Notes: generated by a model from the sequence alone, not told the origin. Numbered from the stretch's first letter, positions 1-7,890 are shown. The stretch is 11,025 nt of DNA from Planctomycetota bacterium (GCA_036479435.1 JAZGFI010000002.1:1-11025); one strand, 5' to 3'. Program-made: numbers and translations.

Positions 1-1622
1 TCTACGAAACCGGGCACGGCCCGGTGAGGATGCGCGCGGCTTGGAACATCGAGAAAAAAGGACGCCAACAAAGCGTCGTGATCACCTCGATTCCCTATCA
101 GGTCAAAAAGCAAGAACTCGTCGCCAAAATCCGCGATCTCGCCCTCGACAAAAAAGTCCCGCAGATTATCGATGTGCGGGACGAATCGACCAGCGACGTC
201 CGCATGGTGCTGGATCTTAGTTCAGGCTCTGACGCCGACATGGTGATGGCCTTTTTATTCAAGCTCACCGATCTCGCTTGCAACTTCAACTTCAATATGA
301 CCGGCTTAGTCCCGATGCGCGGCACCGACATTGCGGCGCCGCGGCAGCTCGATTTGAAGACCATGCTGCAGGTCTTTTTGGACTTTCGCTTCGAAGTCGT
401 CACCAAGCGTTTTGAGTACGAGCTTCGCCAACTCGAACGACGGATTCACATCCTCGACGGTTTCAACAAGATCTTTAACGACCTCGACGCGGCGATTCGA
501 ATCATCCGCGACTCGAAGGGCAAAAAGGACGCCGCCAATGGTCTTGTCGCGTACTTCATGCTCGACGAGATCCAGGTCAACGCCATTTTGGAGATGATGC
601 TCTATCGGATCGCGACCTTAGAGATCAACCGCATCTTGGATGAGCGGCGTGAAAAACGCGCCCGCGCCAAAGAGATTGGTTCGATCCTCAGTTCAGAGAC
701 GAAGCGTTGGACGATCATCCGCAAAGAGCTCGAAGAGCTGAAAAAAGAGTTCGGAGAGGCCCGTCGCAGTCACATCATCGAGCCCAACTCTGAATCTGAG
801 GTCGAGGTAAGCGCCGACGACTTCATCGTCGAAGAAGATCAATTCGTCATCTTGTCCGAAGGTGGTTGGCTCAAACGCGTCGGTTCGGCAAAGAGCGTCG
901 ATAAGATCCCCGTCAAAAAGGGCGACCATTTGGTAGGCGTGGTCGCCGGAAGCACCCGACACTCAGTGGTCTTCTTTTCGAACTTGGGCACGGCCTACAC
1001 CGCGCGCATTCACGACATCCCGGCGAGTCGCGGCTACGGCGATCCCATCCAAAAGATGTTCCGCTTCAAAGACGGCGAGAAAGTCGTCGCGATGTATTCG
1101 CTCGACCCCAGGGCGATCGGTGACATCTCGATTCCCAAAAACGCCAACAACTGCCCCGACGTCCACACGATTGCGGTCACTTCCAACGGCTACGGCCTCC
1201 GCTTCGGCTTGAGCGGATTCGTCGAACCCTCGACGCGGGTCGGCCGCAAGTTCGCACGCTTGAAAGCGGGCGCCGAGATCATCGGCGTCTACACCATCAA
1301 CGGCGAGGAGACCCTCATCACGGTTAGCGAACAGGCCCGGGCCTTGCTCTGCCCCGCCGCCGAAGTGAACTACTTAGAAGGGCCCGGCCAGGGCGTCTAC
1401 GTGCTGAAAGTAGCTGCCGACGATCGCGTCATCGGAGCGACTGTCAGCAAAAGGGAACACTTGGGCCTCACCGTCTACACCGCGAATGACACGCCGCACA
1501 ACATCAATGCGCGGCGTTACAAGATCACCGGCCGCGGCGGCAAAGGCTTTCAGATCATCAAACGGGGCCAGCTCAAGCGCGTGAGCAGCCCCGAACTCGA
1601 AATCCCGGTACTCAAGGGCTGA
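1..1622 (+). CDS. parC: Type IIA DNA topoisomerase subunit A (ParC/GyrA family, topoisomerase IV-like), 5'-truncated by the window edge
   Basis: The frame is open from position 3 (YETGHGPVRMRA, matching the family motif YETGxG), so the ORF-track start at 24 is not the real start. Motifs present: ITSIPYQV, DVRDES, FLDFR, 'ERRIHILDG', 'QVNAILEMMLYRI'. The C-terminal beta-pinwheel has about 5 blades, no QRRGGKG GyrA-box in the first blade and no acidic tail, which favours ParC over GyrA. Confidence 0.9.
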   Translation, partial: YETGHGPVRMRAAWNIEKKGRQQSVVITSIPYQVKKQELVAKIRDLALDKKVPQIIDVRDESTSDVRMVLDLSSGSDADMVMAFLFKLTDLACNFNFNMTGLVPMRGTDIAAPRQLDLKTMLQVFLDFRFEVVTKRFEYELRQLERRIHILDGFNKIFNDLDAAIRIIRDSKGKKDAANGLVAYFMLDEIQVNAILEMMLYRIATLEINRILDERREKRARAKEIGSILSSETKRWTIIRKELEELKKEFGEARRSHIIEPNSESEVEVSADDFIVEEDQFVILSEGGWLKRVGSAKSVDKIPVKKGDHLVGVVAGSTRHSVVFFSNLGTAYTARIHDIPASRGYGDPIQKMFRFKDGEKVVAMYSLDPRAIGDISIPKNANNCPDVHTIAVTSNGYGLRFGLSGFVEPSTRVGRKFARLKAGAEIIGVYTINGEETLITVSEQARALLCPAAEVNYLEGPGQGVYVLKVAADDRVIGATVSKREHLGLTVYTANDTPHNINARRYKITGRGGKGFQIIKRGQLKRVSSPELEIPVLKG

Positions 1623-1626
1623 TTCC

Positions 1627-3534
1627 ATGGCCACCAATTACACCGCCAAAGACATCCAGGTATTAGAGGGGCTCGAGCCCGTCCGCAAGCGCCCCGCCAT
1701 GTACATCGGTGGCGTCGACCTAAAATCGCTTCATCATTTGTTGACCGAAGTCTTGGACAACTCGATCGACGAAGTCATCAACGGTCATGCGTCGGCGATC
1801 AAGGTGATCTTAGACGCCGACGGTTGCGGTATCACGGTGGTCGACAACGGCCGCGGCATCCCCGTCGACATGCACCCCAAGCACAAAAAGTCCGCGCTTG
1901 AGATCATCATGGCGACGCTGCACGCCGGTGGAAAATTCGAAGGCAAAAACTACGTCCACTCGGGCGGCTTGCACGGCGTAGGTATCTCCGTCGTCAACGC
2001 GCTCTCGAAAAGTCTGACCGCGACGGTGCGCCGCGATGGCTACACCTACGAGATGACCTTTGCCCGCGGCAAGACGACTTCGAAACTAAAGCGCGCGAAA
2101 AGCACCACCCGCGGCACCGGAACGCGCATTCACTTTCGCCCCGATGACCAGATCTTCCCTCGCGTTCGCTTTGAGCCCTCGGGCATTCGCGAGTTGCTTG
2201 ACGCCAAGTCCTACCTTCATGGCGGATTGAAGATCATCTTCGAGGACAAAGTCAACGGCAGCAAAGAAGAGCTCTACAACCCCGGCGGCCTAAAGGCCTT
2301 CCTTGAAAAGACCATCAACGACCGCAACCGCAAGCCGACTAACGACGCGGTGTATCACATCGAAAACGCCAAATCGCCGAAGCTCGAGGCGGTCTTACAG
2401 TGGACCGACGAAACTTCGGAAGCGATCGCCTCTTATGTGAACGGGGTCCGCACGCCGATGGGCGGCACGCACGAGAGCGGGTTCAAAGCTGCGATCACCA
2501 AGGCACTCAGAAACTACATCAGCACGCACAAGCTCACGCCCAAAGGGGTCACGATCGCAACCGAGGATATCCGCGAGGGCATGACCGGCATCTTGTCGAT
2601 TTACATCGCCGAACCGCAGTTCCAAGGCCAGACCAAAGATCGGCTGAACAACCCCGAGGTGACCCCTGAGATCACCGGCTTAGTGAGTTCACACTTCGAA
2701 TCCTGGCTCAACGCAAGTCGCAGCGTCGGTGACTCAATCGTCTACCGCATTGTTTTAGCGTCGAAGGCCCGAGCGGCCTCGCGGGCCGCGGCCAAAGAGG
2801 TCAAGAAAAACTCCAAGCCCATGAGTCGTTTGCGGCTACCTGAAAAGCTCGCGGACTGTTCCGATCGCAAGCCCGAAAACTGCGAAGTTTTCATCGTGGA
2901 GGGAGACTCCGCCGGTGGTTCCGCCAAGCAGGGAAGGAACCGTAAGACTCAAGCCATCTTGCCCCTCAAAGGTAAGATCCTGAACACCTACGACGCCGCG
3001 CTCAGCAAAGTCGTCGCCAACCAAGAGATCTCAAACCTCTTACAATCATTAGGCTGCGGCATCGGCAAGTCCTTCGACATCCGCGGCCTGCGTTACAACA
3101 AGGTCATCATCTTGACCGATGCAGACTCTGACGGTCACCACATCGCAACCTTGTTACTAACCCTGTTTTTCCGCCACCTTCCCGGCCTCATCCAGGGCGG
3201 CCACATCTATTTGGGCCAACCCCCGCTCTACAAAATCCGCATCGGCAAAGAGGTCCACTGGGTCCTCGACGACTACGAAAAAGAAGAGCTCTTGGCGAAA
3301 GTGAAGGGCCGCGCCAAGCCCGAAATCACCCGCTTCAAGGGCCTGGGCGAAATGTCCGCCAAAGAACTCTCCGATACCACCCTCGACCCCAAAAAGCGCA
3401 CCTTGCTCCAGGTCCGCGTCGACAACCCCCTCGACACCGACAAGGTCCTCCAAGAGATGATGGGCAAAGACCCCAGCCCTCGCTTCAAGTTGGTCATGGA
3501 ACGCTTCGCCGAAGCCGACTCCCTCGATCTATAG
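1627..3534 (+). CDS. parE: Type IIA DNA topoisomerase subunit B (ParE/GyrB family, topoisomerase IV-like), 635 aa
   Basis: GHKL ATPase motifs: EGLEPVRKRPAMYIG, EVLDNSIDE, DNGRGIP, HAGGKF, SGGLHGVGISVVNALS. TOPRIM motifs: EGDSAGGSAKQGR, PLKGK, DADSDG. Tail motif: RFKGLGEM. EGLEPVR, GISVVN and DADSDG are ParE-like variants, and there is no long E. coli-GyrB-type insertion. The gene starts 4 nt after the subunit A stop. Confidence 0.92.
   Translation: MATNYTAKDIQVLEGLEPVRKRPAMYIGGVDLKSLHHLLTEVLDNSIDEVINGHASAIKVILDADGCGITVVDNGRGIPVDMHPKHKKSALEIIMATLHAGGKFEGKNYVHSGGLHGVGISVVNALSKSLTATVRRDGYTYEMTFARGKTTSKLKRAKSTTRGTGTRIHFRPDDQIFPRVRFEPSGIRELLDAKSYLHGGLKIIFEDKVNGSKEELYNPGGLKAFLEKTINDRNRKPTNDAVYHIENAKSPKLEAVLQWTDETSEAIASYVNGVRTPMGGTHESGFKAAITKALRNYISTHKLTPKGVTIATEDIREGMTGILSIYIAEPQFQGQTKDRLNNPEVTPEITGLVSSHFESWLNASRSVGDSIVYRIVLASKARAASRAAAKEVKKNSKPMSRLRLPEKLADCSDRKPENCEVFIVEGDSAGGSAKQGRNRKTQAILPLKGKILNTYDAALSKVVANQEISNLLQSLGCGIGKSFDIRGLRYNKVIILTDADSDGHHIATLLLTLFFRHLPGLIQGGHIYLGQPPLYKIRIGKEVHWVLDDYEKEELLAKVKGRAKPEITRFKGLGEMSAKELSDTTLDPKKRTLLQVRVDNPLDTDKVLQEMMGKDPSPRFKLVMERFAEADSLDL
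3352..3534 (+). repeat. Direct repeat copy 1 (183 bp): the 3' end of the intact topoisomerase B gene
   Basis: Aligns without gaps to 7708-7890 at 176/183 identity (manual codon-by-codon comparison). Confidence 0.99.
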
Positions 3535-3689
3535 GCCCCATAATCGAGGCTACCCGCCATCCTGTTCAAGACTTGAGGCGAGGTCTACTCGCCGTTTGCC
3601 GATGACCTGCAAACGACGGCAACGTGCTCTGTCGCTGCTGTGCTCCCAAGATTGGCATCCAACTCCAGGATAGGAATCGCCAGCTTCTC

Positions 3690-3710
3690 TATTGAGAATG
3701 ACTCTCAATA
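3690..3710. promoter_or_regulatory. Fur-family operator-like palindrome TATTGAGAAT-G-ACTCTCAATA
   Basis: A 10-1-10 inverted repeat with 9/10 matching arms. Its core TGAGAATgAcTCTCA matches the Fur 7-1-7 type motif TGAGAATnATTCTCA with one mismatch. It is an AT-rich island in GC-rich DNA, 44 nt upstream of the likely start codon. Confidence 0.72.
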
Positions 3711-3720
3711 TCATTAACTT
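3692..3720 (+). promoter_or_regulatory. Putative sigma70-type promoter for the Kelch gene
   Basis: -35 TTGAGA (3692-3697), 17-nt spacer, -10 TAACTT (3715-3720). It overlaps the Fur-like box, and a GGAG Shine-Dalgarno follows at 3744-3747. Confidence 0.5.
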
Positions 3721-3754
3721 GACGGGCGTCACCTCGGACTCACGGAGAAATCGA

Positions 3755-5764
3755 ATGCCCTTGTTAACTGGCCCCTCACGAAACGGGAGAGCGGTTTGGA
3801 AGCTCGCCATGGTCGTGCTTTGCCTTTTTTGGACGCCAAATCTGTCCTCAGCTCAATCAATACCCTCGGCTCAGCTTGCCGAGACGAAAGGCTTCTTGCT
3901 GCCCACGGCAATCGCCAGTTTTGGGGCGGCGGTCTTGGAAGACCATCTTTATGTATTTGGTGGGCACACCGGTGAAGCCCACGACCACTCCTACGAAACT
4001 CTGAGCCACTTCTTTGGCCGTCGCCGTAGCGATGGCTCTGGAGAATGGGAGCTCTTACCGGGAGGAAAGGCGCTGCAGAGCGCTTCTTTGGTTGCCGCCG
4101 ACGGCCAGCTCTACCGGATTGGCGGCATGACCGCGCTCAATGCGGATTCAGAAGATGAGGATCTCCACTCGGTGGCGAGTGCCAGCCGCTTCGACCCCAA
4201 GTTGAACCGTTGGTTTCCGATGCCGGACTTACCGAAAGCCCGCTCATCCCACGACGTGGTGGTGATCGGGTCCAAGATCTACGTAATCGGCGGTTGGACC
4301 TTGTCGGGTGATGATGCCGGTAAGTGGATCGACTCCGCCTTAGTGCTCAACCTGAAAGCTGCCTATCCAAAGTGGCAAGAGATCGCCGTGCCCTTTTCGC
4401 GACGGGCTCTGGCCGCTGCTGCCTGGCAAGGAGAGCTCTACGCAATCGGCGGTCTCAATGAGATAGGAAAGCCCTCACGACGGGTTTATATTTTCGACAT
4501 CAAAAAACAGCAGTGGCGTAGTGGGCCCGAACTACCGTCAATGGGTTTCGGCGCTTCCGCTTTCTCCACCAAAACTGGTCTTTACACCAGTCTGATGAGC
4601 GGCGAACTCTACCGGCTGAGCGATGACAAGAAATCTTGGGTTGCTATCCGACGCCTAGCGATTCCGAGGTTCTTTCATCGCTTGCTCCCAAGAGCTGACG
4701 GCAAGCTCCTCATCGCGGGTGGGGCCAGTCGTCTGGGCCACCTGCGAAGCGTTGAGATCATCGGTCCTGAAGCAAAAACCAAAATCACGGCGACTGGCTT
4801 CAAACTGACATGGCCCGGGCGCGCCAAAAACCGCCAGGCCATCGGATTCCTCGGCCCTGAACTCATCATTGCGGGCGGAAACGACAGCCTTGAGCAACAC
4901 GATTTTGACGCCGAGAACTTCGTTGACGAAGTTTGGAAGCTAAGTCTCGGCGACATGACGACGGTCGCTGGCCGTTCTATACCTGAACCCCGTCAAAGCC
5001 AAACCTTCATTGCGCACAAGAACAGCCAAGATAACGGCCTTCTTCTCGTCGGGGGTTTCGGACACGACGGCAAGAGCGAACGAAGCTGGAAAGACATTTG
5101 GTCGTTTCGAGAAGAAGACCATCGTTTTAATCAGTACTCAAAAGTGTTGCCTTTGCCCTTGACCCAATTCGGCGCGACAAGACATGGCGACGATCTCTTC
5201 ATCGTGGCCGGTCTGGACTATGACCCTGAACGCGAAGAAGGAGATGAATTCCGCCATCAAAGCCAGGTTTGGAAACTCTCCTTGGCGAAGGACGGGGAAT
5301 TTAAGGCCTTTGGCGAAAAGCTCCCCGTGGGCCGCCGAGCGTTCGGTGGTACTCGCATCGACAACAAGTACTACATCTTCGGTGGGATGACGAAGGACTT
5401 TGGCCTGACGAAGGATGCACTGTGCCTGAATCTCGACGATGGAAAATGGACCGAGATCCCAAGCTCTACCCCGCGCATTTCCCCGCGAGCGGTCGCCGTC
5501 GACGGCAAGATCTGGATTTTGGGTGGTACTTCGCCGAATGAGAACGGTAAAGGGTTTTCGGCGAATGAAAGCGTCGAGGTTTTTGATCCGGCCACCAAAC
5601 GATGGAGTGTGCTCGCGCAAAGCCTGCCTTTCTCCATGCGCCACACCCATGTCCTTCCCTTTTCGGGCCGCGTCTTGCTGCTCTCGACCCACAACAAGAG
5701 CCAATCGCTCGAACTTGTGATCTTGACCCCTCAACCTAGCCTTTCGCCCACCCAGACCCGGTGA
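3755..5764 (+). CDS. Secreted Kelch-repeat protein, about 12 repeats (two 6-bladed beta-propellers), 669 aa
   Basis: Start moved from the ORF-track TTG at 3692 (which lies inside the operator) to ATG 3755, preceded by GGAG with a 7-nt spacer. Signal-peptide-like N-terminus (..KLAMVVLCLFWTPNLSSA|Q). Kelch signatures LYVFGG, LYRIGG, IYVIGG, LYAIGG, LLIAGG, LIIAGG, LLLVGG, YYIFGG, IWILGG with downstream 'FDP...W' motifs. Confidence 0.88.
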   Translation: MPLLTGPSRNGRAVWKLAMVVLCLFWTPNLSSAQSIPSAQLAETKGFLLPTAIASFGAAVLEDHLYVFGGHTGEAHDHSYETLSHFFGRRRSDGSGEWELLPGGKALQSASLVAADGQLYRIGGMTALNADSEDEDLHSVASASRFDPKLNRWFPMPDLPKARSSHDVVVIGSKIYVIGGWTLSGDDAGKWIDSALVLNLKAAYPKWQEIAVPFSRRALAAAAWQGELYAIGGLNEIGKPSRRVYIFDIKKQQWRSGPELPSMGFGASAFSTKTGLYTSLMSGELYRLSDDKKSWVAIRRLAIPRFFHRLLPRADGKLLIAGGASRLGHLRSVEIIGPEAKTKITATGFKLTWPGRAKNRQAIGFLGPELIIAGGNDSLEQHDFDAENFVDEVWKLSLGDMTTVAGRSIPEPRQSQTFIAHKNSQDNGLLLVGGFGHDGKSERSWKDIWSFREEDHRFNQYSKVLPLPLTQFGATRHGDDLFIVAGLDYDPEREEGDEFRHQSQVWKLSLAKDGEFKAFGEKLPVGRRAFGGTRIDNKYYIFGGMTKDFGLTKDALCLNLDDGKWTEIPSSTPRISPRAVAVDGKIWILGGTSPNENGKGFSANESVEVFDPATKRWSVLAQSLPFSMRHTHVLPFSGRVLLLSTHNKSQSLELVILTPQPSLSPTQTR

Positions 5765-5841
5765 GCAGAGCGCTATTGCGCACGCTATTTCATCATTCGC
5801 TTGCCAGAGCCAATTGATTCTTTGCTACAGGAACTCTTCAC

Positions 5842-7476
5842 ATGAATCTAGCCAAAACTCTTTTTGCGGCGGCTACCGCGATCTTGATCCTTTCTTCGCT
5901 GGCCATCAGTCAAATACAGTTCTTGCCCAGCGCCGCGGTTACCACTGGGATCACGGTGCCCGCAAATCCAGCCGACAACGACGCGAGAGGGCTCGAAGTT
6001 GCTGATGTCAATCTCGACGGAAACCTCGATATCGTGGTTTGCGATTCCTTCGTTGATGAGATCGCCGTGCTCTTGGGAGACGGGCTCGGTGCCTTCGTGC
6101 CATTGACAGCCATCACATCTACGGGTGGCCTCCGGGATATCGAGGTCCTCGACGTCAATGGCGACCTGCTGCCGGACCTCGTGATTTCACGCCAAAGCGA
6201 CGACATGGTCGAAGTGTTTCTGGGTGACGGGACCGGGGGGTTCGTCAGTTCGCAGGTCCTAGGCCTTGGAGCTTCGACCGGTCCCCGCGCGCTCGGGTCA
6301 GCCGACTTCGACCTCGACGGCGATCGCGACGTGGTGGTGGCGCTCTTTGCGACCTCACAGTTCATGCTGCTGAGAAACGACTCCGGGATCTTCACACCCA
6401 TTGGTCCCTTCAACACTCTCGGGAGCAACGCTTATGACCTTACGGTGGGGGATCTAAACGGTGATTTTCGGCCCGATGTCATCGTCTCCAACAGCTCGTT
6501 CTCGGGTGGCCCAACCGACAATGTAGCCGTTTTCTTGAACGACAACGCCGGAGGATTCTTGCCCCCGACCACCACGGCGAACGGGTTTTTCAACTCGGGA
6601 GTCATCGTCGCCGACATCAACCTTGACTCCTTTCCGGACGTCGTGGCTTCAAACTTCGTCAACACCACCGGCAACCTGTTCCCGATGCTCGGCGACGGAA
6701 CCGGTGCGCTCACCACGGGCACGCCCGGATCCGGAGGCGTGCACATCAATGGCATTCGCTCAGGCGACTTCGATTTGGACGGCGACATCGACATCGTGGC
6801 CTACGACGTCGGGACCGGAAGCGGTCAGGCGTTCGAGAACAATGGCGGGATGCTTGTCCCCGTTCAAACCCTGCCCACCGTGACCATTCCCGGTGCCACC
6901 GCCACCGGCGACCTTAACGGTGACGGAAGCGTCGACATCGTGATCACGAACCGCGAGGGCGGAAGCATCTCGATCTACTTGAACCAAAACTTCAGCCCGA
7001 GCCTTCCAGACACCTGTGCACAGAGTCATGTTCCCGATGGATTCGGCGGAGTCGAAGATGTGTTGCTCATTCAAGGCAGCACCGGTGGCGCCGACCGCCG
7101 AGTCGATCTCGCTTTGTCGCAGATAGCGGTCTTGGATTTGGTTCAACCGTCTGTCAACGGAGTTCCGTCCTCCTTTTTGATCTGGGGTCAGGTGTTCACG
7201 CCAAGTCAGCAGCTGAGCGTCTTTGTCTTGCCCTTTGGTTTGGGTACGACCTGTCTGATTCCCTCCCAAGCCGACCCTTTGAACCAAAGCCTCATCTTGA
7301 TCGCCAACAACTTCGGTGGCAACGACCCCATGGCCTTGGTGCCCTCGTTCCTGGCTCCCTTTGCGTTGGGGTTCACCGCAACTGGAGTTGACTCGACCAT
7401 CATCCTTCAGGGCTTGATCTCCCTTTCGACCACCGAGGTTGCGATCACCAACGCGATCATGGTTCGTACGTCATAG
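5842..7476 (+). CDS. Secreted FG-GAP/VCBS-repeat protein (7 Ca-binding-type repeats) with an uncharacterised ~155-aa C-terminal domain, 544 aa
   Basis: Signal peptide MNLAKTLFAAATAILILSSLAIS|Q. Seven DxNxDGxxD-type repeats: DVNLDGNLD, DVNGDLLPD, DFDLDGDRD, DLNGDFRPD, DINLDSFPD, DFDLDGDID, DLNGDGSVD. Also 'LLGDG.G.F' motifs. AGGA at 5829-5832 is a possible RBS. Confidence 0.9.
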   Translation: MNLAKTLFAAATAILILSSLAISQIQFLPSAAVTTGITVPANPADNDARGLEVADVNLDGNLDIVVCDSFVDEIAVLLGDGLGAFVPLTAITSTGGLRDIEVLDVNGDLLPDLVISRQSDDMVEVFLGDGTGGFVSSQVLGLGASTGPRALGSADFDLDGDRDVVVALFATSQFMLLRNDSGIFTPIGPFNTLGSNAYDLTVGDLNGDFRPDVIVSNSSFSGGPTDNVAVFLNDNAGGFLPPTTTANGFFNSGVIVADINLDSFPDVVASNFVNTTGNLFPMLGDGTGALTTGTPGSGGVHINGIRSGDFDLDGDIDIVAYDVGTGSGQAFENNGGMLVPVQTLPTVTIPGATATGDLNGDGSVDIVITNREGGSISIYLNQNFSPSLPDTCAQSHVPDGFGGVEDVLLIQGSTGGADRRVDLALSQIAVLDLVQPSVNGVPSSFLIWGQVFTPSQQLSVFVLPFGLGTTCLIPSQADPLNQSLILIANNFGGNDPMALVPSFLAPFALGFTATGVDSTIILQGLISLSTTEVAITNAIMVRTS

Positions 7477-7505
7477 GACTTTCTTGTCGATCGACTTGAA
7501 GGTCG

Positions 7506-7551
7506 AGCTGCGGTTCCTACCGGAAAATGGGAACCGTAGCTTTTCTGTTTT
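7506..7551 (+). terminator. Intrinsic terminator after the FG-GAP gene
   Basis: Stem AGCTGCGGTTCC (7506-7517) pairs with GGAACCGTAGCT (7530-7541) with one G-U pair, followed by TTTCTGTTTT. Confidence 0.8.
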
Positions 7552-7707
7552 GAGTCTTCACTAGTCGGACTGCCTTCGGTGGCCCGATTGACATGAGTTC
7601 ATCCCATGTCGGCGGCGGTTGGCATTTGCGCATGGATGGCGCTTTGCGCTCATGACCACTGCGTTTTTGGTTCGCACTGAGTAGGCACTGCGTTATCAGT
7701 TGGCCTG

Positions 7708-7890
7708 ATGTCGGCCAAAGAACTGTCCGATACCACCCTCGACCCCAAAAAGCGCACCTTGCTCCAGGTCCGCGTCGACAACCCCCTCGATACCGACAAG
7801 GTCCTCCAAGAAATGATGGGCAAAGACCCCAGCCCTCGCTTCAAGTTGGTCATGGAACGCTCCGCCGAAGCCGACTCCCTCGATCTCTAA
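7708..7890 (+). pseudogene. Direct repeat copy 2: displaced 3' fragment of the topoisomerase B gene (intact 60-codon mini-ORF, B-subunit C-terminal tail)
   Basis: 59/60 aa identical to the last 60 aa of 1627-3534 (one F->S change). It begins at the in-frame ATG of the KGLGEM motif and ends in TAA. No clear Shine-Dalgarno upstream. Confidence 0.9.

Larger units (their letters stand above)
3352..7890. mobile_element. Putative integrated cassette or islet bounded by duplicated parE 3' ends (repeat unit spacing 4,356 bp), no recombinase inside
   Basis: Long direct repeats of the 3' end of a housekeeping gene flank two accessory secreted-protein genes that have their own promoter and terminator. 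No integrase or transposase ORF lies between the repeats. Confidence 0.6.

Noticed and set aside
1..3534. Calling the pair canonical gyrA/gyrB
   Set aside because: There is no GyrA-box in the first CTD blade, only about five blades and no acidic tail, and the B subunit has ParE-like motif variants. Topoisomerase IV-like is preferred, though only phylogeny can settle it.
3692..3754. ORF-track N-terminal extension of the Kelch protein from TTG 3692
   Set aside because: It overlaps the operator and promoter and has no RBS. ATG 3755 has GGAG and gives a normal signal peptide.
5910..7403. Series of minus-strand ORFs antisense to the FG-GAP gene (also those antisense to the topoisomerase, Kelch and lipoprotein genes)
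   Set aside because: Typical antisense shadows of biased GC-rich coding sequence, with no protein motifs.
7477..7707. Integron attC site (GTTGGCC at 7699-7705 just before copy 2)
   Set aside because: The site does not fit GTTRRRY well, there is no complementary RYYYAAC box after the FG-GAP stop, and there is no integron integrase or repeated attC in the window.
3352..7890. Diversity-generating retroelement template/variable repeat pair
   Set aside because: The mismatches are not adenine-specific in either copy (C/G, C/G, C/T, G/A, T/C, A/C, G/A) and are mostly silent, and there is no reverse transcriptase in the window.
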